From a virus, in IMG/VR virus record IMGVR_UViG_3300024983_000001, positions 64,001 through 128,000 of that record: DNA of 64,000 nucleotides. The stretch is one strand, 5' to 3'. Shown here one piece after another: positions 9,299 to 18,493 of this stretch. A program made the translations under genes and the position numbers. The notes under the pieces are model-generated. The model was not told where the DNA came from. It did not search any database and saw nothing but the letters and a program-made list of their open reading frames with translations. Every line of letters begins with the position of its first letter. The stretch's first letter is position 1.

Positions 9299-9854
9299 AG
9301 TCTATAATTGACCACATCTCACTGCTAATATAACTCAACAATTGCTGGAATCTGTTTTCTTTTTGTAGATTAAAAACAGGAATTTTGTAGTCGTCAGCAA
9401 TTCGTATTGCTTGTCCAGTCCCACCCGTACCAACAGTTGTTTGTGATCCTTGTTCCACACCATCTTGTGTCCAACACACAACTAGTTTAACAGGGTCATT
9501 GAGATTGGGACCCAGTACTTGATACCCATTGCGTGCCATAAGTTTTCGTGCAAATGGTGGCAATATTTTCCAAGTGGGGTGATATTTTTCAGCTAAATCA
9601 AACGCTTCATCTGTAAGGTTATATAAAGAAGAGGTACTATTGTTAAATCCTCTTGATGGCAGATATATTTCTTTATTCCCACCAAATTGGTCATATGCAA
9701 TCTCAAACGCCAGGTCGGCGCCGTCGGCGCCACCTGATCGCAACACCCAATTTCTTTTTGCTAACAAAGAAGAAATAGCAATAATCTGTTTAGTTGCGTG
9801 TGGAGGTGTAGAACGACTACCTATTCCAGCAAAACTTATAACACCGTTACTCAT
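9294..9854 (-). CDS. DprA/Smf-like (SLOG fold) protein
   Basis: FAGIGSRSTP, LRSGGADGAD.AFE, ARN..QVLG, GGTGQAIRIA. Confidence 0.8.
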   Translation of the reverse strand: MSNGVISFAGIGSRSTPPHATKQIIAISSLLAKRNWVLRSGGADGADLAFEIAYDQFGGNKEIYLPSRGFNNSTSSLYNLTDEAFDLAEKYHPTWKILPPFARKLMARNGYQVLGPNLNDPVKLVVCWTQDGVEQGSQTTVGTGGTGQAIRIADDYKIPVFNLQKENRFQQLLSYISSEMWSIIDC

Positions 9855-10053
9855 TTTACTACCCTTACGCCAATATCAAAATCACATTCTGTGCAATAAA
9901 CGTGACCTTTCGTTCTCACGAGAGAATCATATCCATGAATAGGACAACAAAACAGGTCATGCCGCAGGTTTTCGTCCAATGGATATTGTGCTTCAGAGTA
10001 TGGATACCCACAATCAGGACACTCCATGCGCATGCTTATTCTGTTACACATAA

Positions 10054-11025
10054 TTAATCTTCGATATAAACGTGATCGATGTGGTGTAGAACAAACAACA
10101 ACATAATACTCGATACCAACATCAACAGAGGATTGAACAGCCAACACACAAACGGAATAGAAAGATAATAGCTCCTCATACCAAGACTATAATAAGCGCC
10201 ACCCCTATTAAGAACTCGTGACACATAATCACTGTCGATATACGGCGATTTACAGTTGACCAAATAACCTACGTGGTTGAACATTCGTACGGACAAAGTG
10301 AACATAAAGAAGGCGGTAAATAACGTGAACAACAACGGCCCAACCTTGAAAGCATGTAACGCTGAATGTTGAGACGAAACTGCAATTGCATCTGATACTG
10401 TGCCAAAGTGTGAAATGTTCAACACTCCAATTATCAACAAGATTGCTGTAGATGCTAAAAATGTCGCAGCCATTGTTGAATTTCGTAGTGTTTGCACTGC
10501 CAACACCTCAAAGTTATCGTGTGACATAATGGACCGAACCCACGCGGAACGGGCTTGAGTGGTAATAGTTTGGAAAGTTGAATATGATGGGTCTTTACGA
10601 GTTCGGACATAAACCACTATATGATATCCAGCTAACAAAACAATACTAATGGAAAATAAAATTAGGTTACGATAGTGTCCCCACACTACATCAATAACTG
10701 TTTTCTGATGCCGCTCAAACGTAATGACGGGTGGGGGCTGATTTTTACTTTTCATTAGAGTTTGAGCATATTCGCTGCCATTTTTAGCAGCAAGGCCAAT
10801 CCATTTATCCGCCATCACAGCGTCGGGTTTGAGACCATATTCACCACTTTGATATGCCAAACCAAGCATTAACTGTCCTTTTCGATCGCCACTATCCGCA
10901 AGATTTTGCAAAACTGCCAGGTCAGATTTGTTAATATCAGCTTGATTTCTAGGTTCGAAAATATAAGCGGCTGTAATTACAGCAATCATTACAGCAATGA
11001 ATGATAGAGTTTTAAGATGTTTCAT
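10054..11025 (-). CDS. Sel1-repeat plus DUF599 membrane protein
   Basis: GQLMLGLAY..G...AAKNG repeat; LAVQTLRN..MAATFLAST, GMRSYY motifs. Confidence 0.8.
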   Translation of the reverse strand: MKHLKTLSFIAVMIAVITAAYIFEPRNQADINKSDLAVLQNLADSGDRKGQLMLGLAYQSGEYGLKPDAVMADKWIGLAAKNGSEYAQTLMKSKNQPPPVITFERHQKTVIDVVWGHYRNLILFSISIVLLAGYHIVVYVRTRKDPSYSTFQTITTQARSAWVRSIMSHDNFEVLAVQTLRNSTMAATFLASTAILLIIGVLNISHFGTVSDAIAVSSQHSALHAFKVGPLLFTLFTAFFMFTLSVRMFNHVGYLVNCKSPYIDSDYVSRVLNRGGAYYSLGMRSYYLSIPFVCWLFNPLLMLVSSIMLLFVLHHIDHVYIED

Positions 11026-11052
11026 TTTTTATCCTTTGTGTGTTTATTTTGG

Positions 11053-11358
11053 TTATTTTAAATCGTTCCAATTAACACGCACAAGCACGATGTGTAAATC
11101 CGGGCGAAATTGTGATGCCATTTTCATTAATGGTTCGTCGTTAATGAAATACAATGTTACTGGTGAGTGTGATGGGAATTTTGTAAGAACACACACAAAA
11201 TCTACGGTATCCGCAATCACCACTCTCTTAGCGTCGTGTAACTCCAACATGGATGTATTTTCCATAGTGTCGAACACAACTTTTGGTCCATCTGTCCACT
11301 GTTTAAATGTGGATGGAGTGTAATCAATTGTTTTAATAATCGTAAGCAGTTCATCCAT
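11053..11358 (-). CDS. hypothetical protein
   Basis: ORF within operon. Confidence 0.55.
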   Translation of the reverse strand: MDELLTIIKTIDYTPSTFKQWTDGPKVVFDTMENTSMLELHDAKRVVIADTVDFVCVLTKFPSHSPVTLYFINDEPLMKMASQFRPDLHIVLVRVNWNDLK

Positions 11359-11780
11359 TATTTTTCACCTTTAGTCCAATATGAGTATGGAATGTAATCG
11401 ATATTTTGGTAATTGTAGTGGCCTCTGATATATTGTCGGTTGTACTCATTTACAGTTTCTTGGTCTAACCGCGGATCATTAATGTGAGTGTTCAGTAGCT
11501 CCGCAATATGTATTCGTATTTGACGCAATTCGCGCATTTTGCGGGTATACTTGGGATTACCGTGTTCTTGTGTACCTCTATTCCGAGCATCCGCCAACTT
11601 TTTACGATAAATTTTATGCTCACGCAATTGTTCCTCTGTCATTCCCGATTTTTGCATCAAACGCCGCAATTCCTTAGCCTCTTCCTTATTCGGAATATGT
11701 TTACCTGTTACAGTTGCAGCATAAAACTTTTTTGCGGTAAGAAAACTGTCTTGTTCATCCATTTTAGTACTCCTTAACAT
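11358..11780 (-). CDS. basic hypothetical protein
   Basis: ORF; start may be 11762 after AAGGAG. Confidence 0.6.
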   Translation of the reverse strand: MLRSTKMDEQDSFLTAKKFYAATVTGKHIPNKEEAKELRRLMQKSGMTEEQLREHKIYRKKLADARNRGTQEHGNPKYTRKMRELRQIRIHIAELLNTHINDPRLDQETVNEYNRQYIRGHYNYQNIDYIPYSYWTKGEK

Positions 11781-11807
11781 GCAACAGCATATGCTGTCTG
11801 TGTTCTC

Positions 11808-12035
11808 TCACAAAATTCCCCAATATGTGTCAATTTTTTCAATAATATCACGAGCCTTATCAACATTAGAGTTGTGCATCAAATCGATTGTGACTCGTCG
11901 AGGATTGGTTCCTCCACCCACTCTATAACCATTCTCCGACAAAGCTTTGGTGGCCCGCATCGCCTGGAACTCATCTTTCACAAGGAAATCGTGCTCACCC
12001 CAGCCACTTTCGTGTACTTCTTCAAATATTATCAT
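11808..12035 (-). CDS. hypothetical protein
   Basis: Start re-assigned to the ATG after GAGG. Confidence 0.55.
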   Translation of the reverse strand: MIIFEEVHESGWGEHDFLVKDEFQAMRATKALSENGYRVGGGTNPRRVTIDLMHNSNVDKARDIIEKIDTYWGIL

Positions 12036-12045
12036 TAAGTTATCC

Positions 12046-12279
12046 TCACCACGCAACAGCATATGCCGTCCACGACCCATCAGCATTTTGTTCAGTTTCC
12101 CAACCCACTCGACGATTGCCACAATCACAACGCCTATCATCACCATCCCATCCTTGACAGTCATTGCCACCGTCCCAAACATCAGCACAGTTCCAACCAG
12201 AAAATTCAATGTATACTTCTTCTGCACATGCTTGCATACCAGCAGCAATTGCCTCTTCTTCAGTTAAACCATGATACAT
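12046..12279 (-). CDS. small Cys-rich acidic protein
   Basis: C.GWDG.DRRC.CGNRRV motif; AAGGA RBS. Confidence 0.65.
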   Translation of the reverse strand: MYHGLTEEEAIAAGMQACAEEVYIEFSGWNCADVWDGGNDCQGWDGDDRRCDCGNRRVGWETEQNADGSWTAYAVAW

Positions 12280-12290
12280 GTTAACATCCT

Positions 12291-12473
12291 TTATAAATAA
12301 ACATCAGACACAGATTCACTTATAACTTCATCATCTAACAGCACCTTTACGGTTGTTTCGATACGCTGTGTATCAAAATAAAGGTCTGCAGACCCGCGCA
12401 TCACGCTGTTAATCTCAATTTTCAGGTTGTTGCGAAGATATTCTATTACCTCGATAGCTTCAGAACTCAACAT
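12291..12473 (-). CDS. hypothetical protein
   Basis: GAGG RBS. Confidence 0.55.
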   Translation of the reverse strand: MLSSEAIEVIEYLRNNLKIEINSVMRGSADLYFDTQRIETTVKVLLDDEVISESVSDVYL

Positions 12474-12535
12474 AACTAATTCCTCACATTTGATTTATGA
12501 AATCAATTATACCCACATTCACACTCATAGGCAAC

Positions 12536-12561
12536 AAAAAACCACCCGAAGGTGGTTTTTT
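12536..12561 (-). terminator. intrinsic terminator after NAMPT
   Basis: aaaaaaccacc-cgaa-ggtggtttttt. Confidence 0.85.
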
Positions 12562-12575
12562 GATGGTTTAGTTAA

Positions 12576-13949
12576 TTACATAGTGCTGTTTGCTCGCACT
12601 TCATCGAACGTATATTCCCTAACAATTTTTCCATTAACGAATACAGTTTCAAGTGCATCAACCACTCCAGGTGTTTCAATGTCAGAAAAATACCCACCAT
12701 CTTCACTCTTATACAGAGTAACACGCCCCTTCTTCGACCGCTTGCCAACATCGGTAACAGGATCCTTATACACATCAACCCAGTTTCCATCAATGCACGC
12801 TGCAGACGTTTTCATCGCAAATTTCAAAGTGTCGCGGTTTACCTGTTGAAGCAGTGCTCCACCCATACCAAAAGCAACGTTGTCAGCACTATATCCAGCA
12901 AACTTCAATGTACGAAGAATCGATTTAATGCTACCCTCATTGATTCCATCGCCCTGAATAACACGTACTACCGGATTAAGAACTTTATATCCCTTCTCAT
13001 TCACTGTTGATCCAAATGCAGCATCAAGTGCTCGGACAACCTCACACACGACCGAAGCAGGATCACCACTATCGGGGCGAATAACAACAGTAGCACCACT
13101 ATCAAGCACTTCTTGTTTCAGTTCTTTACCCCACAGATTTGTGACGGCATTGAGAATGTCGTACGAATCACTAACAGCCGCAAACATCTTGCCTTTGCCA
13201 CCAAACTGTTTAATCATGTTGCGGTAAGCATCAACCTCGTTTTTACGACCCCACGACGTGTAGGAGCTGTGTTCACCAGCCGGAATCGAGTAACCAGGCA
13301 TACCAATTGCATTGTAATATTTCTGTGCAAAACGAATACCCGATACAGTGTCCGACCCCATAAAGTTGACCAAGTGGGCAGCGCCGCCAATACCAGCACT
13401 TTCAAAGGAACTAACGCCACGGGCGCCAAAATCATGCAGTTTGAACGACAGACCTGCAGGATCACCAGTCTCTTCTAATGCTGCACGAATCACTTGCTTG
13501 ATGCTCCAACTATTGGTAGCAACAGTCGTACCATACCATACAGCACGAAGAATTGCAGGCTCGATATACGACGTCAGCCAGAAACATTTGTCGTCAGTGT
13601 TTTCAACGGTAACAAGTACGTTTTTTGTACCGAGGACCATACCTTCAGGAACGGCACGGACAACAAGAGGTAGATAACCAGCGTATTTGTCCACAATATA
13701 CTGCCATCCGGCTCGGTTAAACGGTTCACCGTGAGCAGCGAAGAATTCATCAGCTTCTTCAATCATCTCTTGAGTGACGGGCTTTGTCAGATATTCCTTT
13801 AAGAAAATTTGAAGACCGAACATAACGGTTTTGTCATATTCGCCGCCTCGAGACTCAATGTAAGAGAACACTTTGGTGGTATTGGGTGGATATTGAAGAA
13901 AGTGTGATGCTTTGTATGAATCAGTATTAAGAATAATGTTTGTTTCCAT
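12576..13949 (-). CDS. nadV: nicotinamide phosphoribosyltransferase (NAMPT)
   Basis: TDSYKASH, LHDFGARG, PAGEHS, IRPDSGDP, IQGDG, FGMGGALLQ. Confidence 0.95.
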   Translation of the reverse strand: METNIILNTDSYKASHFLQYPPNTTKVFSYIESRGGEYDKTVMFGLQIFLKEYLTKPVTQEMIEEADEFFAAHGEPFNRAGWQYIVDKYAGYLPLVVRAVPEGMVLGTKNVLVTVENTDDKCFWLTSYIEPAILRAVWYGTTVATNSWSIKQVIRAALEETGDPAGLSFKLHDFGARGVSSFESAGIGGAAHLVNFMGSDTVSGIRFAQKYYNAIGMPGYSIPAGEHSSYTSWGRKNEVDAYRNMIKQFGGKGKMFAAVSDSYDILNAVTNLWGKELKQEVLDSGATVVIRPDSGDPASVVCEVVRALDAAFGSTVNEKGYKVLNPVVRVIQGDGINEGSIKSILRTLKFAGYSADNVAFGMGGALLQQVNRDTLKFAMKTSAACIDGNWVDVYKDPVTDVGKRSKKGRVTLYKSEDGGYFSDIETPGVVDALETVFVNGKIVREYTFDEVRANSTM

Positions 13950-13996
13950 GATAAAACTCCTTTATCAAAAATTATACAAACCGTCTATCAGTTTGT
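13949..13996 (-). promoter_or_regulatory. two-hairpin RNA leader, copy 1 (GAUAGAC loop plus RBS hairpin)
   Basis: ACAAACU-GAUAGAC-GGUUUGU; UGAUAAA-GGAGU-UUUAUCA. Confidence 0.8.
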
Positions 13997-14011
13997 TTGG
14001 TACTACAAAAA

Positions 14012-14257
14012 TTAACGAGAACGGTCCACCGGACTCGCTTGTTTAATTGTTGCTGTGATTCCACTGAACGTCGGATCGCCAGGGCCACGATCATACATAT
14101 CGTACGAACGCATTGTTGCGTTAAATTTGATGTCAATATCAGACAGGCTTACGTCGATATTATATTTGTCGCGAAGTAAATTGAAGACAGCTTCTTGGAC
14201 GAGCTTGTGTGCATCAGCCTCCGAGAAATCAAACGTCATCTTGGTATTAATATTCAT
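14012..14257 (-). CDS. hypothetical protein carrying the NAD-gene leader
   Basis: AAGGAG RBS; own promoter at 14316-14345. Confidence 0.7.
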   Translation of the reverse strand: MNINTKMTFDFSEADAHKLVQEAVFNLLRDKYNIDVSLSDIDIKFNATMRSYDMYDRGPGDPTFSGITATIKQASPVDRSR

Positions 14258-14304
14258 GTTAAGCTCCTTAACAAGTTATGAAGGTGAAGGGTCTGTCCCT
14301 TCAC
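14257..14304 (-). promoter_or_regulatory. two-hairpin RNA leader, copy 2
   Basis: GUGAAGG-GACAGAC-CCUUCAC; UGUUAA-GGAGC-UUAACA. Confidence 0.8.
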
Positions 14305-14352
14305 ATGTTATTTAATATTATAACTAATAAAATATATAAGTCAACACTTATT

Positions 14353-14511
14353 TTAAGCGTAAGTATCAATTCGACCTTTTGGTACTGGTTTCTTTTTCAC
14401 ATCAGGATCATTTTCCGTCTTAACAATTCGTTTAACTGGCTGAACCTTTGTTGTTGACGATTTGTCTAACAACTTTGTGATGGGTGAAACAAATATTTCT
14501 CTTAACAACAT
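14353..14511 (-). CDS. small basic protein (MLLREIF...)
   Basis: AAGGA RBS before ATG 14511. Confidence 0.5.
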   Translation of the reverse strand: MLLREIFVSPITKLLDKSSTTKVQPVKRIVKTENDPDVKKKPVPKGRIDTYA

Positions 14512-14555
14512 ATAATTCCTTTGTGATTGTGTATCTTTATATTTACACAAATAGA

Positions 14556-14909
14556 TCAAAGTTCACTTAACTGACGGTCAATATCAGCGATTTGTTCGAG
14601 CAAATCTCGTTTTTGCTTTTCAAGTTTGGTACGTTCCCAAACTTCATCAGGCTTCGAAATTTTAATCAGTTCAAAATCTCCGCCTGCCCCCCATTGCCAA
14701 AAACGTTCCATTTCTACGGCCATATCGATAATGTCGCCTAGACGACCTTCAAAATAGCCAAGTGATGGTTGATAGTGCGGTCCGTGAAGATCACAATTGG
14801 GATCTTCCCCCTTAACATGCCACAATCCATAGTCATCAAGATCATATTTTTGCAGCAACTGCCGATAATTCCACGAAACAATATATTTGTCTTTTGCTTT
14901 TGAGTCCAT
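14556..14909 (-). CDS. hypothetical phage protein (GEDPNCD...FWQWGAGG) carrying the NAD-gene leader
   Basis: AGGAGG RBS; promoter at 14959-14988. Confidence 0.75.
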   Translation of the reverse strand: MDSKAKDKYIVSWNYRQLLQKYDLDDYGLWHVKGEDPNCDLHGPHYQPSLGYFEGRLGDIIDMAVEMERFWQWGAGGDFELIKISKPDEVWERTKLEKQKRDLLEQIADIDRQLSEL

Positions 14910-14958
14910 AAGGAAATCCTCCTAATGATTTGAATGATTAACGTCTATCGTTAATCAT
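14909..14958 (-). promoter_or_regulatory. two-hairpin RNA leader, copy 3
   Basis: AUGAUUAAC-GAUAGAC-GUUAAUCAU; AGGA-GGAUU-UCCU. Confidence 0.78.
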
Positions 14959-14983
14959 AATAATACACTAATACTTATTTATG

Positions 14984-15508
14984 TCAACTATTTTTGAAAC
15001 TTCCTATTAACATTTGTGTTTTAACAACACCTGGGGACACTTCCCTCGTGTAGTGGAATCCGTCTGGATCCAATTCCAATATTTTTTGGCCGAGGATTCG
15101 TTCTGCTTGAGTGTTAGGTATTGGTTTGCCACCTAAATTCAACATTACCTTTTCCAAATTGCCGCTAAACTCACCCCACGATTTGTTTCCTGTGATATCA
15201 TCCGAAAGAATGGCCTTCAACGCATTTTTTCCATCTCTCGTATCGTTATGAAAAACTAATCGAACTTTATGCCCACTACTATTACGATAGATTACTCCAG
15301 CAACGATTTTACCATCAATAAACGACGCCTTCCATACTCCAGGTGTATTGATTAAATTGTCTAAATTTGCACCACTTAATCCCATTCCCGAACCATATTT
15401 GTCGTATGTATTTTGCAATAACTGCCATACATAACTGGCATAACGCTTTCGTTGGGTAGGTGTTACAAGATTTACAAAGTTCTCACACAGAATTTCGTAT
15501 ATTTTCAT
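14984..15508 (-). CDS. late protein, putative internal head protein
   Basis: Late promoter at 15541; N-terminus MKIYEILCE. Confidence 0.7.
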   Translation of the reverse strand: MKIYEILCENFVNLVTPTQRKRYASYVWQLLQNTYDKYGSGMGLSGANLDNLINTPGVWKASFIDGKIVAGVIYRNSSGHKVRLVFHNDTRDGKNALKAILSDDITGNKSWGEFSGNLEKVMLNLGGKPIPNTQAERILGQKILELDPDGFHYTREVSPGVVKTQMLIGSFKNS

Positions 15509-15543
15509 GTGGCATTTACCTAATATTGATTTAATATCAATAT

Positions 15544-15750
15544 TTATGACATCATGTCTGTCAAATCTCGTCCGTTTAAATAAGTAATCAAAAAATCGTG
15601 AAGATTGTATGTGACACCATCATACCCAAGGATAATATCAGGTGGTATGACTGATTCAACGACCACCATACCAGTGTTTAACATCCAAAATGCAGGGTCT
15701 CTAGGTGCAAGTTTGATTATATCTCCCGCATTAATAATAACTTCATACAT
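15544..15750 (-). CDS. hypothetical protein
   Basis: ORF within operon. Confidence 0.5.
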   Translation of the reverse strand: MYEVIINAGDIIKLAPRDPAFWMLNTGMVVVESVIPPDIILGYDGVTYNLHDFLITYLNGRDLTDMMS

Positions 15751-16303
15751 TTTTATAAACTAAATCATTCATGATGTGATGTACAGTGTCCACATTTTTT
15801 CCGTATACATTATCAACTTCGAAGAAAGGTACGCCTGTATCAATCAATAATGCTCTCAAATCCTTATCAATTTGAATAGCCTCATTCTCATCTTGATTTC
15901 TACCAACCGTTTCATACGGAACCCCCCGTCGAATAAGAACGTTGATGTTGTTGTATGAATTGTATGTGTCCATTACATAATCAAAAAATGATGGGGGGAA
16001 ATCCTCTGGCATATACATAAACCCCAACAACAACGAAGTGTCAGCAACAATATAATCTACTTGACCCACCAAACGTCTAAACCTGTTATTTTGTTTACTG
16101 AAAATATAATCTTGTTCCGTCAACATATGATGACGACCTTCAAAGGTATAATCTTTTGCAACTTCGGGTACATACTCAACCTTCCCTTTTTGGGCTAGCG
16201 ACATATAGTAAGCGAGACCAAGTGCAGTAGTGGATTTACCAACGCCGGGTCCACCCAACATATTGATTATAGTAACGTCTTTGTTATTCGAATATGGTAA
16301 CAT
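15743..16303 (-). CDS. P-loop kinase/ATPase (NadR-kinase-like, AAA_28)
   Basis: GGPGVGKST Walker A; VPEVAK; GRNQDE.EA. Confidence 0.75.
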   Translation of the reverse strand: MLPYSNNKDVTIINMLGGPGVGKSTTALGLAYYMSLAQKGKVEYVPEVAKDYTFEGRHHMLTEQDYIFSKQNNRFRRLVGQVDYIVADTSLLLGFMYMPEDFPPSFFDYVMDTYNSYNNINVLIRRGVPYETVGRNQDENEAIQIDKDLRALLIDTGVPFFEVDNVYGKNVDTVHHIMNDLVYKNV

Positions 16304-16314
16304 TTCATCTTCCT

Positions 16315-16524
16315 TTATAAGTTGTGCATTTGCTTGTCGTAATAATATCGCGCAAAATCACAAATCTCCGCTGCTTGTTGTTTTGTACATATGATAACAC
16401 GTGTACACGGATCGGTAATTAGTTGTTGATCCATCAACCATTTAATCATTCCGGAATTAGGATCCGCACATATACCAATATGCACAGAGTCCAAATCGTT
16501 TAGTTCGGTGGGGATGTTGTTCAT
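16315..16524 (-). CDS. hypothetical protein
   Basis: ORF within operon. Confidence 0.5.
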   Translation of the reverse strand: MNNIPTELNDLDSVHIGICADPNSGMIKWLMDQQLITDPCTRVIICTKQQAAEICDFARYYYDKQMHNL

Positions 16525-16886
16525 GGCATCATTGGCGAAGGTACTTCACCTCTCGTAACGCACGGCAAGTTGGAAACATCGGGATTTACACTTGTAAACA
16601 CTTCTTCCCCGTCTTTGGCTGCAAACAATGCGGTATTGTTATCAAGACTGTATATGGTCCAGCCACCTGAAACCATTTGCCAACCAGTCAGTTTATCTTC
16701 GGGTCCAACATCAGGAAATTTAACCAACAAAACATATTTGTCTCCAGATGATGGATTGTGAATACCCCAGCATGCTTTTTCAGAGCGTGCGTAATAATCT
16801 AGTGCTGCTTTTGCATACACCAATCCCGTACTAAAAGAATCATCCTTTGATGCGCCCTGTGACGACGTATCTTCCTTTTTGCGCAA
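16521..16886 (-). CDS. hypothetical protein (start uncertain)
   Basis: ORF within operon. Confidence 0.5.
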   Translation of the reverse strand: MRKKEDTSSQGASKDDSFSTGLVYAKAALDYYARSEKACWGIHNPSSGDKYVLLVKFPDVGPEDKLTGWQMVSGGWTIYSLDNNTALFAAKDGEEVFTSVNPDVSNLPCVTRGEVPSPMMP

Positions 16887-16950
16887 CCCAACAACATTAA
16901 CGTCATTAGTGCAGAAACTATCATATGTTTTTTCACAACAAACTCCTCAA

Positions 16951-17361
16951 TTAGTGATTAATAACATAACAGCGCGACAACAAAGCCATGATAACTTTGT
17001 TGTTATAATCTCCACAACGACCATTAACTAATTCGGTTGGGGTAACCCATTGAACGTTAATATCTCGTTCCATTTGAGAGGCTGCTTCCGATTCGACGGT
17101 ATGAACGTATCTAAATGTTGTTACGTGATAGCCTCCATCATCAACACCTTCATACAACTGAATCAATTGTCCACGTTGTGTAACCAATCCAGTTTCTTCC
17201 TGTAATTCTCGTATTGCTGCATCAATAGGTTTTTCGTTGTCTTCAAGTTTTCCACCGGGAAGACCAAAAACATTGTATTCACCCCTAACAGATGCGGCAA
17301 GAATCTTACCTTCTCTGTTAAAGACTACTACACATGCAGCATTACGAGTTTCACCATTCAT
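16951..17361 (-). CDS. Nudix hydrolase
   Basis: GGKLEDNEKPIDAAIRELQEETGL Nudix box. Confidence 0.9.
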   Translation of the reverse strand: MNGETRNAACVVVFNREGKILAASVRGEYNVFGLPGGKLEDNEKPIDAAIRELQEETGLVTQRGQLIQLYEGVDDGGYHVTTFRYVHTVESEAASQMERDINVQWVTPTELVNGRCGDYNNKVIMALLSRCYVINH

Positions 17362-18389
17362 TAAATTTGCCCAAGAAAATATTGAATTATGTGATAATGA
17401 TCCTCAAAACATTTCGATTCGTCAAGCTCATTTAATGGAATCCACTTTGCTTTTTCAGCATCATCATTACCTTTAACTTTTGGAAGGTCACCGGCCGGTA
17501 GCTCAATGAGGTACGCATGTGTGATTGTGCGCCCACGAAGAGACCTGTTGGGTGTATCAAACACATGAGATGTTTTGACACTACCACGGAGAACTGCCTC
17601 CGGTACTTTAATTTTAGTTTCCTCGCGAAGTTCACGAATTGCCGCGTCAAGCAGCCGTTCGTTTTGATTAACAAATCCACCCGGCAATGCACCAAGTCCA
17701 CGACCTGGGGCGGCTCGACGTTTAATCATCAGTACATGTCCGGACTGAACAACAACAGCATCAACAGTAACAAAAGTTGGAGCATACGGTGCCCTATCCC
17801 ATGAGTTTTTGTAGGCTTGAATATAAAAATATTCTTCCACGAGTACATAAAATCCTGGCGTTTTCATCCAATCAACGATATAGCTCTCGACAGCTTTTGA
17901 AACGGTTGGGTACACATGTTGTTTAACAGCAAACATTTCTTCGCGAATTTGTGTGGCATTTATACCTTGAAAATTAGGTACTTCAACAACACTCCATTGT
18001 GGAAACAGCTTTAGATAAAAGCTACTTTCGTCTTTACTGTGACCAATAATACCTATTTTGTGAGGGTTGGGTACGGCTATATAATCATCTTCTGCAATAA
18101 CACTATCAATAGTGTTTTGAATATCACGAACCCACTTTTGGTCATTGTATGGTTTATCTTTAGCCGCGACAACAACATAATTGGTATGTGAGGACCCCAT
18201 CGCAGCAAGAATCATTTGCTTGCGCTCGACAAAATTCCATGGGTTTTTAATGGTTCGTGGTTGGTTAGTAGAACCAACCACGACAATGACTTTTTCGGCC
18301 ATTTCACACGCCTGTTTGAGCACTGCTTCGTGACCATTGTGAAACGGTGAAAAACGACCGATATAAATTAGATAATTAAACTTTTTCAT
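17361..18389 (-). CDS. nadM: bifunctional NMN adenylyltransferase/ADP-ribose pyrophosphatase (NadM-Nudix)
   Basis: GRFSPFHNGH (HxGH), KNPW, NATQIRE; C-terminal Nudix box and FEDHYHII. Confidence 0.95.
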   Translation of the reverse strand: MKKFNYLIYIGRFSPFHNGHEAVLKQACEMAEKVIVVVGSTNQPRTIKNPWNFVERKQMILAAMGSSHTNYVVVAAKDKPYNDQKWVRDIQNTIDSVIAEDDYIAVPNPHKIGIIGHSKDESSFYLKLFPQWSVVEVPNFQGINATQIREEMFAVKQHVYPTVSKAVESYIVDWMKTPGFYVLVEEYFYIQAYKNSWDRAPYAPTFVTVDAVVVQSGHVLMIKRRAAPGRGLGALPGGFVNQNERLLDAAIRELREETKIKVPEAVLRGSVKTSHVFDTPNRSLRGRTITHAYLIELPAGDLPKVKGNDDAEKAKWIPLNELDESKCFEDHYHIIQYFLGQI

Positions 18390-18437
18390 AATAGAGCTCC
18401 TCTATCAAAATTGTAATACGAAGTCTATCTTCGTATT
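18389..18437 (-). promoter_or_regulatory. two-hairpin RNA leader, copy 4
   Basis: AAUACGAA-GAUAGAC-UUCGUAUU; UGAUAGA-GGAGC-UCUAUUA. Confidence 0.8.
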
Positions 18438-18493
18438 TTATTACTACAAATATTACATCATAATTATATTACACTAAACCATTAATGTCAACT

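Noticed and set aside
11783-11802. Fifth copy of the NAD leader (CACAGAC near a palindrome)
   Set aside because: The heptamer differs from GAYAGAC and is not enclosed by a stem.
13949-18437. NAD-gene leaders as NrtR DNA operators
   Set aside because: Arm sequences differ completely while the loop is constant, and G-U pairs occur, which fits RNA structure.
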